A DNA stretch of 32,000 nt. Origin: Zymobacter palmae (GTDB lineage Bacteria > Pseudomonadota > Gammaproteobacteria > Pseudomonadales > Halomonadaceae). The stretch covers positions 1,924,035 through 1,956,034 of the forward strand of contig NZ_AP018933.1 in NCBI RefSeq assembly GCF_003610015.1, given 5' to 3'. The position numbers were made by a program, and so were the translations under genes. The stretch's first letter is position 1, and each line of letters opens with the position of its first letter. Of the stretch, positions 20,513 to 30,469 are shown piece by piece. The notes beneath the pieces were generated by a model, which was not told the origin of the DNA, searched no databases, and saw only the letters and a program-made list of their open reading frames with translations.

Positions 20513-20693
20513 CGTGTCCAGCCTGTCTCGAGCCTTGCCACCGCACTGTACGTCCTGTCTTCGGTTACCCGAATGCGGCGGTCTCCTTGATTATCATGTA
20601 TCGAACAGCCGTTTCACACGGCTTGCCCGGAGAATTATCATCCGTAACAGCACGAAGCGACTGTTTGTCAACATAGAATTATGGTCAACCGTT

Positions 20694-20739
20694 GTGGCAA
20701 TGCCAAGTCATGTCTACACAGGTTCCACAGCATTGCCAC
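20694..20739 (-). other. Stem-loop just downstream of the smc stop (10-bp perfect stem, 26-nt loop)
   Basis: gtggcaatgc (20694-20703) and gcattgccac (20730-20739) are exact reverse complements. The element lies 5 nt from the smc stop codon (20745-20747), with no U-tract. Confidence 0.45.
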
Positions 20740-20744
20740 CTTCC

Positions 20745-23700
20745 TTATGCCTCCGCCAGCGCCGCTGCCGCCTCGATATCGACCGCCACCAGCCGCGAGA
20801 CGCCGGGTTCCTGCATGGTGACCCCCATCAGACGATCGGCGGCCTCCATCGCTATCTTGTTGTGCGTAATGTAAATGAACTGAACGGTTGCGGACATATC
20901 ACGCACCAGCCGTGCATAACGCCCCACGTTAGCATCGTCGAGCGGCGCGTCCACCTCGTCCAGCATACAGAACGGAGCAGGATTCAATTGAAAGATAGCA
21001 AACACCAGCGAAAGCGCCGTCATCGTCTTCTCACCGCCTGACAGCAAATGGATGGTGCTGTTCTTCTTACCGGGGGGACGCGCCATGATCGCAACCCCCG
21101 TTTCCAGCAAATCATCTCCCGTCAGCGTCAGCCATGCCGCACCGCCACCGAACACGCGCGGGAACAACTCACCCAGACGCCGGTTGACCTCTTCAAAGGT
21201 GGCACGGAAACGCGTGCGGGTTTCATGATCGATCTTGCGGATCGCTTTTTCGAGCGTATCCAGCGCATCCGTCAGCTCGCTGTGCTGTGCTTCCAAATAG
21301 TTACGGCGTTCGGCTTGCTGCTCGTATTCTTCTATAGCGGCCAAGTTGATCGCACCTAAACGTTTGATTCGCGCTGATGTTTCTTCCAACGCATTCTGCC
21401 AGGCCGATTCACTCGCATCCTCGGGCAGCTGCTGCATCAACGCGGTCAGTTCAAGACCCAGTTCAACCAACTGTTCTTCCTGCGCATCCGCTTTGAGTGC
21501 ATGCTCTTGCACCTGCAACCGTAACGTTTCGATCTGCGTGCGCAGTTGCTCCTGATCCTTCTCGAACTGCTGGCGCTTCTGTTCGCTATCGCGCATCTGC
21601 TCCGCCAGCTGGCGAGTACGATCGCGTACCGCCGTCAACGCGGCTTCTTCGCGCGTTCTCTGATCAAGGTAGTCGTCCAGCTGCGCTTTCAGCATTTCCT
21701 GAGGCTCAATGAGCGTCTCACGCTCTTCCTGCAACGCAGCATATCGCTCGTCAAGACGCTGACGTTGATCGGCACCGCGTGCTTGGGTACGCTGCATGCC
21801 TTCCAGTTCCGTCGTCAACCGCTGCGCTTCCAGCGCCAGCTGGGACTGACGTTCGCGCGCAGGGGCCAGTCGCGTCTGCAAATGCTGCCACGCTTCATTG
21901 GCCTGCTGACGTTCGCTGGCTTGCTGTTCGCGTGCGGCTGCCGATGTTTCAGCCACGTCGATGGCCATCTGCCACCGCTCACGGCATTCTTCCAGCGCCA
22001 GTGCATTTTCCTCACGGCGTTCGGCCAAGGTCATCAGCTCTGCCGCCAATTCTTCGCGACGCCCTTTGAGGTGCTGAACGCGTGATGACAACCCCGCCCA
22101 AGCCGCCTCATGCTGGCGAGACTGCTCGGTATGGCGTGCGGCTTCTTCGTGCAGCTGCTCAAGCCGATCATCACCGCTCTGCTGGCGCGCAGCGATATCC
22201 GAAAGCTGTGCGGTCATGGCTTCCAGTTGCGCGTCAAGCTGCGCCAGCTCTGCATCAATATCATCCAGTCGGCGACGCTGGGCCATCACGCTATCATCAC
22301 GAGCCTGCTCGCCCAACCGACGCGCCCAACCGTGGCCGATCCACAGCCCACTGCGCGTGATTAGGCTCTCGCCACCCGTCAGCGTTGCCGCCCGTGACCA
22401 AGCATCGGCGTCTTCATCGACAGCACGAATGCCATTGAGCCACGCTGTCAACCCACCCGCGCCCTGCACGAGAGCCGCCAGCGACCCCTCCACGGGTGTA
22501 GCGACGCGATCATCAATCACACCCAGCTCGCCTTTTTCCAGCGCAAGCTGATTCAGCGCCTCAATGGACGCCATGCGGGCATCTAGCCACGGTGCCAATA
22601 CCCATGACACGGCGGCCTCCCAACCTGGTTCGACGCTCAGACGTTCTGCCAACAGCGGTGCGTGATCAAGCCCGGCAGCTGTCAGTGCATGCTGGCGCTG
22701 CTGATCATCGTGGTCGAGCGCCGCGGCCAACAGTGCCTGCAAGGAAGATCGTTCGCCAAGCAGCGTATTCTGGCGAGTCAGCAGCGTCTCACGTTCTTTC
22801 TGCACCCGCTGCTGCGTGTCATTCAGTTGCTGGCGCTGCTCGCGCAGACGCTGGCGTTCTTCTTCCTGCTGCTGAAGCTGCTCGGCGTCCTGCTCACGAA
22901 TCAGGGCCAGTTCGGCTAACTCTTCATCCAGCAGCGCCATATCGGGCACTTCGGCAAGCTGTTGCTGACGCTGTTGATGCTGGCGGTCGATATCCGCGCG
23001 CTGTTCTTCAAGGCGGCGTACCTCGCCCTGCGCCCGCTCTGCACCACGGGTCTGCTCACCGCTCTGCTGTTGAATTCGTTCCCAGGCTGCCTGTGCTTGC
23101 TGCTGGCGCTCACCCAGTTCGGCCTGTTCCAGCTCCAGCTGCGCCATCGTCTCTGCCGCTTCTTCGCGGTCGAGCGCCAGCGCTTCCAGACGCTCTTCGA
23201 TTTCCTGCTGGCGCAGCTGGTCAGTGCTGGCCAGCTGATCGAACTCTGCCTTTTCCTGCTGAACGCGCGCCAATTCGACGGCCAGCTGGCGCTCTCGGGT
23301 GCGGGCGTATTCGAGCTGCTGCTCAAGGCGTGCCACTGTCGCAGTAGTGTCGGAAAAGCGCCGCTGGTGTTCATCAAGCGACTCGGCCAGCCCATCGTGG
23401 CTGAAGCGGTGCTCTTCCAGCAGGCGTTCGCACTCACGAATACCATGAATGTTCTTTTCGCGGGCGATTTCCAGCGCGCGCACCTGCGACTCGGCTTCCT
23501 GCTGGCGGGCGCGCCATGCATTGCGCCGCAGCAACGCCAGTTCACCCTTGAGGCGGTGTTCCTGTTCCTTGAGATCGCGATAGCGCCGCGCCGCATCGGC
23601 CTGACGTTTTAAGCGTTCCAGCTGTCGATCCAGCTCTTCACGCAGGTCATCGAGACGTTCGAGGTTGTCGCGCGTACGCCGCATACGCTGTTCAGTTTCC

Positions 23701-24233
23701 TTGCGGCGTTCCTTGTAGCGCGAAATACCCGCCGCCTCTTCAAGCGTGGCGCGCAATTCATCGGGGCGAGCCTCTACCAGCCGCGAGATCATGCCCTGTC
23801 CGATGATGGCATAAGAACGCGGCCCAAGGCCGGTGCCCATGAAGAGATCCGCGATATCGCGACGGCGGCACTTTTCACCATTGAAAAAATACGTCGACTG
23901 ACCGTCGCGAGTGACGATGCGCTTGACCGACAGCTCGGCATACTGGGCATACATGCCACCCAGCGAGCCATCGCTATTATCGAAGGTCAGTTCGATAGAG
24001 GCCTGCCCGACGGGCTTGCGTCCCGTTGAACCGTTGAAGATGACGTCGGCCATCGATTCGCCGCGCAGCATCTTCGCTGAAGACTCACCCATCACCCAGC
24101 GCACGGCATCGATGACGTTGGACTTGCCACAGCCGTTGGGCCCGACAATACAGGTCATGTTGCCTTCAAAGGGGACGGTGACCGGATCAACGAATGATTT
24201 GAATCCTGCCAGCCTGATCGAGGTTAATCGCAT
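20745..24233 (-). CDS. smc: Chromosome segregation protein SMC, 1162 aa
   Basis: The N-terminus has the Walker A motif (MRLTSIRLAGFKSF...GPNGCGKSN). Long E/Q/R/L-rich coiled coils flank a central hinge. The C-terminus has the signature LSGGEKTMTALS and the Walker B motif FCMLDEVDAPLD. Confidence 0.95.
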   Translation of the reverse strand: MRLTSIRLAGFKSFVDPVTVPFEGNMTCIVGPNGCGKSNVIDAVRWVMGESSAKMLRGESMADVIFNGSTGRKPVGQASIELTFDNSDGSLGGMYAQYAELSVKRIVTRDGQSTYFFNGEKCRRRDIADLFMGTGLGPRSYAIIGQGMISRLVEARPDELRATLEEAAGISRYKERRKETEQRMRRTRDNLERLDDLREELDRQLERLKRQADAARRYRDLKEQEHRLKGELALLRRNAWRARQQEAESQVRALEIAREKNIHGIRECERLLEEHRFSHDGLAESLDEHQRRFSDTTATVARLEQQLEYARTRERQLAVELARVQQEKAEFDQLASTDQLRQQEIEERLEALALDREEAAETMAQLELEQAELGERQQQAQAAWERIQQQSGEQTRGAERAQGEVRRLEEQRADIDRQHQQRQQQLAEVPDMALLDEELAELALIREQDAEQLQQQEEERQRLREQRQQLNDTQQRVQKERETLLTRQNTLLGERSSLQALLAAALDHDDQQRQHALTAAGLDHAPLLAERLSVEPGWEAAVSWVLAPWLDARMASIEALNQLALEKGELGVIDDRVATPVEGSLAALVQGAGGLTAWLNGIRAVDEDADAWSRAATLTGGESLITRSGLWIGHGWARRLGEQARDDSVMAQRRRLDDIDAELAQLDAQLEAMTAQLSDIAARQQSGDDRLEQLHEEAARHTEQSRQHEAAWAGLSSRVQHLKGRREELAAELMTLAERREENALALEECRERWQMAIDVAETSAAAREQQASERQQANEAWQHLQTRLAPARERQSQLALEAQRLTTELEGMQRTQARGADQRQRLDERYAALQEERETLIEPQEMLKAQLDDYLDQRTREEAALTAVRDRTRQLAEQMRDSEQKRQQFEKDQEQLRTQIETLRLQVQEHALKADAQEEQLVELGLELTALMQQLPEDASESAWQNALEETSARIKRLGAINLAAIEEYEQQAERRNYLEAQHSELTDALDTLEKAIRKIDHETRTRFRATFEEVNRRLGELFPRVFGGGAAWLTLTGDDLLETGVAIMARPPGKKNSTIHLLSGGEKTMTALSLVFAIFQLNPAPFCMLDEVDAPLDDANVGRYARLVRDMSATVQFIYITHNKIAMEAADRLMGVTMQEPGVSRLVAVDIEAAAALAEA

Positions 24234-24244
24234 CCTGACTTCCG

Positions 24245-25147
24245 TTACTGTGCGTGTCGTGCAGGTAGCGTAGAAGGAGGTCCCAGCGCCTGTAGCTGCT
24301 GACGGGCCTGCGCCATGTTCTCACGCAGCCGTGCGCCCAGCCCTTCGGCATCCGCACCGCCGTCGAGTGCCAGCTGCCAGTGTTCGAGTGCGCCCCGATA
24401 GTCATGGCGCGTATAGGCGGCCACGCCCAGCATGCCCTGGATGGCGGGGTGCTCCGGCTCGACGGCCAGCACTTGGCGGCACAGTACGGCCACCTCGGGT
24501 GTCACCACCCCACCCGCTGCCATGAACCGCATCTGGGCCAGTTGAGCCAGCCCTTGCGTCGACTCTCCTTCGATACGCATCTGCTGTCTGAGGGCAAATA
24601 TGGCTTCGTCATAGTGCCCAATGTTCGTATAGAGCGGCCACAGCACCGCCCAGACATGGGGGTTGTGTGGCTGCAGGCGCGCCAAAGGCTCAAGACTATC
24701 GACATAGTCCTGTACCGTGGCACGCGGGCGCTCGGCGACGCTCTGCCAGACTTCGTGCAGGCGGAGGTCGTCATGTGCACCAAAGTGCAAGTATCCCACG
24801 ATAACCGCCAGAACGGCTACCACCATGGCCCCGCAGGCACCGCATTTTCCTGCGTTGACACTGCCACTTGCGACATCTTCACCGGATTGGATCGCTTTCA
24901 GCAGACGACGTTCGACAGTCATGCACGCCGTCGCGTACTGATCATCGTTCAGTTCACCGGCGCGATGCGCGCGCTCGATGTCGGCACGTTCATCGCGATA
25001 GGCCATGACATTGGCCACTTCACGCGAAGGGTGACAGTGATCGATCATCAGGCTGCGTCGCATCGCGGGCGCACTGTGCGCGGCATACACGACCGTCACT
25101 GCCAACGCTCCCAGCAGCACCAAACACCCTATCATCAGCAAAATCAT
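24245..25147 (-). CDS. ccmI: Cytochrome c-type biogenesis protein CcmI (CycH), 300 aa
   Basis: Two TM segments are separated by a cytoplasmic loop, followed by TPR-like repeats (WAVLWPLYTNIGHYDEAI.., GMLGVAAYTRHDYRGALEHWQ). It is the last gene of the ccm cluster. Its start overlaps the ccmH stop as ATGA. Confidence 0.8.
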   Translation of the reverse strand: MILLMIGCLVLLGALAVTVVYAAHSAPAMRRSLMIDHCHPSREVANVMAYRDERADIERAHRAGELNDDQYATACMTVERRLLKAIQSGEDVASGSVNAGKCGACGAMVVAVLAVIVGYLHFGAHDDLRLHEVWQSVAERPRATVQDYVDSLEPLARLQPHNPHVWAVLWPLYTNIGHYDEAIFALRQQMRIEGESTQGLAQLAQMRFMAAGGVVTPEVAVLCRQVLAVEPEHPAIQGMLGVAAYTRHDYRGALEHWQLALDGGADAEGLGARLRENMAQARQQLQALGPPSTLPARHAQ

Positions 25148-25635
25148 GCGCGGTGCTCCTTACGCTCATCGTCAGGATGGCGCGCCAGAACACGCTGCAG
25201 CAGCGCTTGCTCATCAGGATCAAGCGGCTCAGCCTGTACCGGATAGCGTCGTGAGCGCACGGTCAGGATGATTCCTCCTGCCGCCAGCGCCCCCAGCACC
25301 GCCGGGCCGGCCCACAACAAAAGCGTTCGCGACGACAGCCGCGGCTGGTACAGCACATACTCACCGAACCGCGCGACCAGCTCATCCTGTATCCGTTCAT
25401 CGCTATAGCCCTTCGACAACCAAGCCGCCACATGACGCCGCATATCGACGGCCACTGGCGCGCTAGAACTGCTTATCGCTTGGTTCTCGCACTTGGGGCA
25501 GCGCAACGAATCCACCAGTTGCGCATAGCGCGATTGCAATGCTGGATCATGAAATTCGACAGTTTGGGCTGCTCCGACATTCAGCGCCCAGCCACACAAC
25601 ACCCCCACTCCCCAGCGATAGACCTTACGTTTCAT
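25144..25635 (-). CDS. ccmH: Cytochrome c-type biogenesis protein CcmH, 163 aa
   Basis: A signal peptide is followed by the LRCPKC redox motif (LRCxxC) and a C-terminal TM segment. The start is assigned to the ATG at 25635 (MKRKVYRW...), which gives a normal signal peptide. Confidence 0.85.
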   Translation of the reverse strand: MKRKVYRWGVGVLCGWALNVGAAQTVEFHDPALQSRYAQLVDSLRCPKCENQAISSSSAPVAVDMRRHVAAWLSKGYSDERIQDELVARFGEYVLYQPRLSSRTLLLWAGPAVLGALAAGGIILTVRSRRYPVQAEPLDPDEQALLQRVLARHPDDERKEHRA

Positions 25636-26164
25636 GCGCCAGCTCCTGCAGTAGGGGCCGGATCTGCCCATCGATCAAAGGTTCTGTGAGCGCGCCGGCA
25701 TGGTGATAGCGAATCACGCCGTGGGCATCGACGATAAAGGTTTCCGGCGCCCCATAGACCCCCAAATCGAAGCTCAGACTGCCGTCGGCATCCATGATAT
25801 TGGCGGCATAGGGATTGCCGTGCCGTTCGAGAAAGCCCCGAGCATCGTCGCGCTCGTCGCGATAGGCGATGCCAACGATACGCACACCCTCCCGCTGCAA
25901 CTGCAACAGCTCCGGCACTTCATCCTCACAGCTCGGGCACCAGCTGCCCCATACGTTCACCAGCGTGATTTGACCATCGAACAGTTCAGGGCCTTCCTTG
26001 TCCGTCTGTCGGTCCAGAGATGGCAGCGAAAAAGCCGGGAACGACGTGGCCAAGCGTGCCGAAGGGCGATCCTGCTGACGGGTCAATAGCCCTACGCCCA
26101 ACACGATCACCAGTGCGATGAAGATAATCAGCGGAAGCCACACCCACCGTTGACTCGTTTTCAT
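25625..26164 (-). CDS. ccmG: Thiol:disulfide interchange protein DsbE/CcmG, 179 aa
   Basis: An N-terminal anchor is followed by a thioredoxin fold with WGSWCPSCEDE (CxxC) and GVYGAPETF. Its start overlaps the ccmF stop as ATGA. Confidence 0.9.
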   Translation of the reverse strand: MKTSQRWVWLPLIIFIALVIVLGVGLLTRQQDRPSARLATSFPAFSLPSLDRQTDKEGPELFDGQITLVNVWGSWCPSCEDEVPELLQLQREGVRIVGIAYRDERDDARGFLERHGNPYAANIMDADGSLSFDLGVYGAPETFIVDAHGVIRYHHAGALTEPLIDGQIRPLLQELAHET

Positions 26165-28155
26165 CCTTGAACCTCCTGTGTACCTTCTTGCTTGTCAGGG
26201 CACTCTCTCATGCAGCGCTTGTAGAAGCGGTAGCGTCGATCCATCGTCGCCAACAAAGCTCCCGCTGCAACCAGCAATCCGCCCAACCAGATCCAGCGCA
26301 CGCGCGGCTTGATCTGGATGCGCATCGCCCAGCTGCTACCCTTATCGAGCGACTCCCCCATTGCGACATACAGGTCACGTTTCAGATGACCATCCAGCGC
26401 CGTCTCGGTCATCACCTGTCCGCTGGCCGGGAAATAGCGTTTTTCCGGGTACAGATGGGTCACTAACTGTCCATCGCGCGATACCCGCAAAGTGGCCACA
26501 TCAGCGTCATAGTTGGGCCCGGCTTGACGGCGCACACCGGTCAGCATGAAATCGTAATCGCCCACCTCAATCGGGACGCCATGCGGCATCCGGACATCGC
26601 GCTCGACGCTAGCATTCGACACGATGGCAATACCCAGCACGATGAACGACAGCCCGATATGCCCCAGCATCATGCCGTAGTAGCAGCGCGACAGGCGTCG
26701 AAGGCCTTTCAGCCCCCCCGCATTGGCCACTGACACGATCGCGTCACGCGCCAGCGGCAGTGCCACCCACACCGCCAGTATGGCGGCCAGCGTGACCCAC
26801 GGATCGAAGCGCGTCATCTCATGCCAAGCCAGCAATGGCCCAAGCACCAGCACCACGGCAAGCAGCCACTGCGACCGACACCACAGCAGCGCGGCGGGCA
26901 TGCTTTTCCAACGCAGTAGGGGCGCAATGCCCATCAGCACACACAGCACGGCTCCCAGCGGCAGGAAGATTAGATTGAAATAGGGAGGCCCCACCGAAAT
27001 ACGCCCCAACCCAAGCGCGTCCAACGCCAATGGGTACAGCGTGCCCAGTAGCACAGTCAGCATCATCACCAGCATCACGACCGTGTTGAGCAGCAGAAAC
27101 AGATCACGCGACAGCCAGCTAAACGTGACATAGCTGGAAAGCCGCGGCGCTCGCCAGCCGTACAGTCCCAGCGAACCACCGATCGTGATCAACAGCAGGA
27201 CGAGAATAACGCCACCCCGCGAAGGGTCATTGCTGAAAGCATGCACCGAGGTCAGTACCCCAGAACGCACCAAAAAGGTGCCCAGCAGCGACAGCGAAAA
27301 GGTGAAGATAGCCAACAGCAGCGTCCAACGCTTAAAAGCCTCACGCTTCTCGGTGGCCGCCAGTGAATGCACCAGCGCACACCCTGTCAACCACGGCATC
27401 AGCGACGCGTTCTCGACCGGATCCCAGAACCACCAACCTCCCCAGCCCAGCTCGTAATAGGCCCACCAACTGCCCAGCACGATGCCCACGGTCAGGCACG
27501 CCCAAGCCACGTTGGTCCACGGCCGCACCCAGCGGGTCCATGCCACATCCTGACGACCACTCCACAGCGCCGCAATGGCAAAAGAAAACGCCACGGAAAA
27601 CCCGACGTACCCCAGATAGAGCATCGGAGGATGAATGATCAGGCCGATGTCTTGCAGCATGGGATTGAGGTCAATCCCTTCGGCGGGCACCGGCAACAGC
27701 ACACGTTCAAAAGGGTTAGATGTTGCAACGATGAAGATCAGAAAAGCGGCACTGATCAGCCCCATTACGGCCAGCACACGCGCTTTTAGTACACTGGGCA
27801 GCGAACGGGCCAGCGCGCATACCGCCAACGCCCACAGCGATAGCAAGGCCACCCACAGCAACATCGAGCCTTCATGCCCGCCCCACACCGCGCATAGACG
27901 ATAATAGAGCGGCAGCGCTCGGTTAGAATGCTCGGCCACAAAAGCCACGCTGAACTCATTAACGGCAAAGCAGTAAGTCAGAATGCCGTACGCTACCAGC
28001 ACGCAAAACGTCTGCAGGCAGGTCAGCGGCCCAGCCATGGCAATCCACAGTGGGCGACGCCAGGTCAGCCCCGCCCACGGCATGACAGCCTGCAGCACAG
28101 CACTGACCATCGCCGCTAGCAGTGCCAACAGCCCCAGTTCGGGTATCCATTCCAT
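26161..28155 (-). CDS. ccmF: Cytochrome c heme lyase subunit CcmF, 664 aa
   Basis: It is a polytopic membrane protein with the tryptophan-rich WGGWWFWDPVENASLMPW motif and conserved histidines. The SD aagga lies 8 nt before the ATG at 28155. Confidence 0.93.
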   Translation of the reverse strand: MEWIPELGLLALLAAMVSAVLQAVMPWAGLTWRRPLWIAMAGPLTCLQTFCVLVAYGILTYCFAVNEFSVAFVAEHSNRALPLYYRLCAVWGGHEGSMLLWVALLSLWALAVCALARSLPSVLKARVLAVMGLISAAFLIFIVATSNPFERVLLPVPAEGIDLNPMLQDIGLIIHPPMLYLGYVGFSVAFSFAIAALWSGRQDVAWTRWVRPWTNVAWACLTVGIVLGSWWAYYELGWGGWWFWDPVENASLMPWLTGCALVHSLAATEKREAFKRWTLLLAIFTFSLSLLGTFLVRSGVLTSVHAFSNDPSRGGVILVLLLITIGGSLGLYGWRAPRLSSYVTFSWLSRDLFLLLNTVVMLVMMLTVLLGTLYPLALDALGLGRISVGPPYFNLIFLPLGAVLCVLMGIAPLLRWKSMPAALLWCRSQWLLAVVLVLGPLLAWHEMTRFDPWVTLAAILAVWVALPLARDAIVSVANAGGLKGLRRLSRCYYGMMLGHIGLSFIVLGIAIVSNASVERDVRMPHGVPIEVGDYDFMLTGVRRQAGPNYDADVATLRVSRDGQLVTHLYPEKRYFPASGQVMTETALDGHLKRDLYVAMGESLDKGSSWAMRIQIKPRVRWIWLGGLLVAAGALLATMDRRYRFYKRCMRECPDKQEGTQEVQG

Positions 28156-28241
28156 TCATTCATCCTTGTTGAACAGCGTAGTGCCCCATGCGACGAAGAC
28201 AGGCACCGTCTAGAACAGGCACGTTCAACCACAACATCGGG

Positions 28242-28688
28242 CTAGCGATTATGCGGTCGTGCCACAGTGCCTTGCGTGACGATGGTGCTGATTTCAGGCG
28301 GGGTATATTTTTCGTCATGTTTGGCCAGTACCTGCGAGGCCTGCAGATGTCCCTTGTCCAGCAGTTGGCCCGTCACGACAACGCCCTGCCCTTCACGAAA
28401 CAGATCCGGGAGCATCCCGTCATAGCGCACGTCGATCTCCGCCTTGAAGTCCGTGATCACGAAGCTGACCTGCAACGAGTCGGCCGCGCGTTGCACGCTA
28501 CCGACTTTCACCACCCCACCAGCACGCAGCGCGTGACCGCTCGGGGCTTCACCCGCCACGATCTGCTCTGGGGTATAAAAGAGGTTCATGTTAGCCCGTA
28601 GTGCATACACCAACAGCCCGACGGCCACGGCAGCCAGTGCAACGATGCCCACCACTACGATCAATCGCTGTCGTTGCCGAGGCCTCAT
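28242..28688 (-). CDS. ccmE: Cytochrome c maturation heme chaperone CcmE, 148 aa
   Basis: An N-terminal anchor is followed by NMNLFYTPEQI and the heme-binding LAKHDEKYTPPE motif. Its start overlaps the ccmD stop as ATGA. Confidence 0.93.
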   Translation of the reverse strand: MRPRQRQRLIVVVGIVALAAVAVGLLVYALRANMNLFYTPEQIVAGEAPSGHALRAGGVVKVGSVQRAADSLQVSFVITDFKAEIDVRYDGMLPDLFREGQGVVVTGQLLDKGHLQASQVLAKHDEKYTPPEISTIVTQGTVARPHNR

Positions 28689-28906
28689 GGCGATTCTCCT
28701 TCCGGCATCGATGCATTCCCTCGTCGCGCCATCGCATCATTGCGCCGCTGCTGCCGCGACAGCATCGCCATCACATGTCGTCGCTCAATCCGAGCATGCA
28801 GCACCAACCCCAGCAGCACAGCGGCAGTAACACCCCACGCAGGCCACACGTACAGCCCATAGCCCTTCATAGTGAGAAACTCGTGAATGCTGGAAAACCA
28901 CATCAT
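28685..28906 (-). CDS. ccmD: Heme exporter protein CcmD, 73 aa
   Basis: MMWFSSIHEFLTMKGYGLYVWPAWGVTAAVLLGLV matches the CcmD pattern (FSSW.EF..MGGY..FVW). The SD aaggagg (28920-28914) lies 7 nt before the ATG at 28906. That ATG overlaps the ccmC stop as ATGA. The track start at 28954 is too far upstream. Confidence 0.85.
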   Translation of the reverse strand: MMWFSSIHEFLTMKGYGLYVWPAWGVTAAVLLGLVLHARIERRHVMAMLSRQQRRNDAMARRGNASMPEGESP

Positions 28907-29661
28907 GCTGCGTCCTCCTTGGACATCGGCGCCTGCGCCAGCTGCTTGACCCACGCCATCCCCGCCTCACGCCGCAGAATCTCGCTGCGCGTACGCATCA
29001 TGATCAGCGTTACCATGAACAGATAGCTCCCCACGATCATGACCAGTAGCGGCAACCACATTGAGGCAGGCATGGCGGGCTTATGGGCAATGGAAAACGA
29101 TGACGCCTGATGCAGCGTGTTCCACCACACCACGGAATATTTGATGATTGGCAGATTAACCAACCCCACCAACGCGATAATGCCCGCAGCGCGCGCACCT
29201 GCCAGCATCTGCTGGAACGCACCGCGCAGCGCAATCACACCCAGATACAGGAACAGCAGTACCAGCATTGACGTGAGCCGAGCATCCCATGTCCACCACG
29301 TTCCCCAGGTAGGGATACCCCATACGGCTCCTGTGAACAGTGCCAGAAACGCCATAGCGGCCCCAAACGGTGCCATCACCGAGGCCAGCATGTCTGCCAG
29401 TTTGATACGCCAGATCAGGAAGACAGCGCTGCACAGCGCCATCAGTAGGTACACGCTTTCAGACAGGATGGCCGTCGGCACATGCACATACATGATGCGC
29501 ATGCTGTCATGCTGCTGATAGTCAGGTGGCGCGATAACCAGCCCCCATATCGACCCCACAGCCAGCGTCAGCAGGGTAAGTGCAGCCAGCCACGGCAGCC
29601 AGCGACCGCTGCGCTGATAGAACCATTTGGGAGAAGCCCATTGATGCAGGTAGTGCCACAT
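28903..29661 (-). CDS. ccmC: Heme exporter protein CcmC, 252 aa
   Basis: The translation has MWHYLHQWASPKWFYQ..., APPDYQQHDSMRIMYVHVP and the WGTWWTWDARLTS tryptophan-rich motif. It is collinear with my recollection of E. coli CcmC. Confidence 0.93.
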   Translation of the reverse strand: MWHYLHQWASPKWFYQRSGRWLPWLAALTLLTLAVGSIWGLVIAPPDYQQHDSMRIMYVHVPTAILSESVYLLMALCSAVFLIWRIKLADMLASVMAPFGAAMAFLALFTGAVWGIPTWGTWWTWDARLTSMLVLLFLYLGVIALRGAFQQMLAGARAAGIIALVGLVNLPIIKYSVVWWNTLHQASSFSIAHKPAMPASMWLPLLVMIVGSYLFMVTLIMMRTRSEILRREAGMAWVKQLAQAPMSKEDAA

Positions 29662-29758
29662 GACGGATAGCCTTGTCGTTCACGCCAGCGGGCAGGATGA
29701 AAGCAAAGCGCTGGCGTCGGAGCATTGAAAGGTAAGGTTGTTGTTATCGTTCGATTAT

Positions 29759-30469
29759 TTACTGCGTGCTGATATTCAAGCGTAGCGCATATGCCACGAC
29801 CCAGGGCGCCATCAATAGCGCGGTTGCCATCAGTCCACCCAGCAAGGCCATGACCGGCCACCACGGCAACCCCAGCGCCACCATACGCACTAAGCCCGCA
29901 CCAAAAATCAGCACTGGCACATACAGCGGCAGCATTAGCAGTGACAGCAGGACACCACCTCGCGGCAACGATACGGTCAGCGCCGCACCGATAGCCCCAA
30001 TCCACGCCAGCACGAAGCTCCCAGGCACCAGCGAACAGGCCAGCACCGCCACTTCCTGCCAAGAGAGTCCCAGCATAACGCCCAATAATGGCGAGATCAG
30101 CGCTAGCAGGCAGCCGTTCAGGCACCAGTGCAGCATCACCTTGACGGTGACAGATAGCACCAGTGGCTGCGGTGACAGCACCCACTGCTCAATCACACCA
30201 TCGAGGTAGTCATCGCGAAACAGCCGATCCAGCGATAGCAGCACCGCCAGCAGGGCCGCCACCCAGATGATACCGGGGGCAAAGACGCGCAGTGCTGCCA
30301 GATCGCCGCTCAACCCGAGCGGGAAAAGCGCGATCACCACAATGAAGAATGCCAGCGGCTGCAGCCATTCGCTGCGCTGGCGACAGCACAGCCGCCATTC
30401 ACGCTGCAAGGCATAGCAGGCTGACTGCCAAAGCGACATCAGCGGTTGAGCGGCATCAGGTGACGACAC
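29759..30469 (-). CDS. ccmB: Heme exporter protein CcmB, 236 aa
   Basis: It is a six-TM protein with APGIIWVAALLAVLLSLDRLFRDDYLDG, close to the CcmB signature. The GTG start at 30469 is preceded by the SD gggaggg and overlaps the ccmA 3' end by 14 nt. Confidence 0.9.
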   Translation of the reverse strand: MSSPDAAQPLMSLWQSACYALQREWRLCCRQRSEWLQPLAFFIVVIALFPLGLSGDLAALRVFAPGIIWVAALLAVLLSLDRLFRDDYLDGVIEQWVLSPQPLVLSVTVKVMLHWCLNGCLLALISPLLGVMLGLSWQEVAVLACSLVPGSFVLAWIGAIGAALTVSLPRGGVLLSLLMLPLYVPVLIFGAGLVRMVALGLPWWPVMALLGGLMATALLMAPWVVAYALRLNISTQ

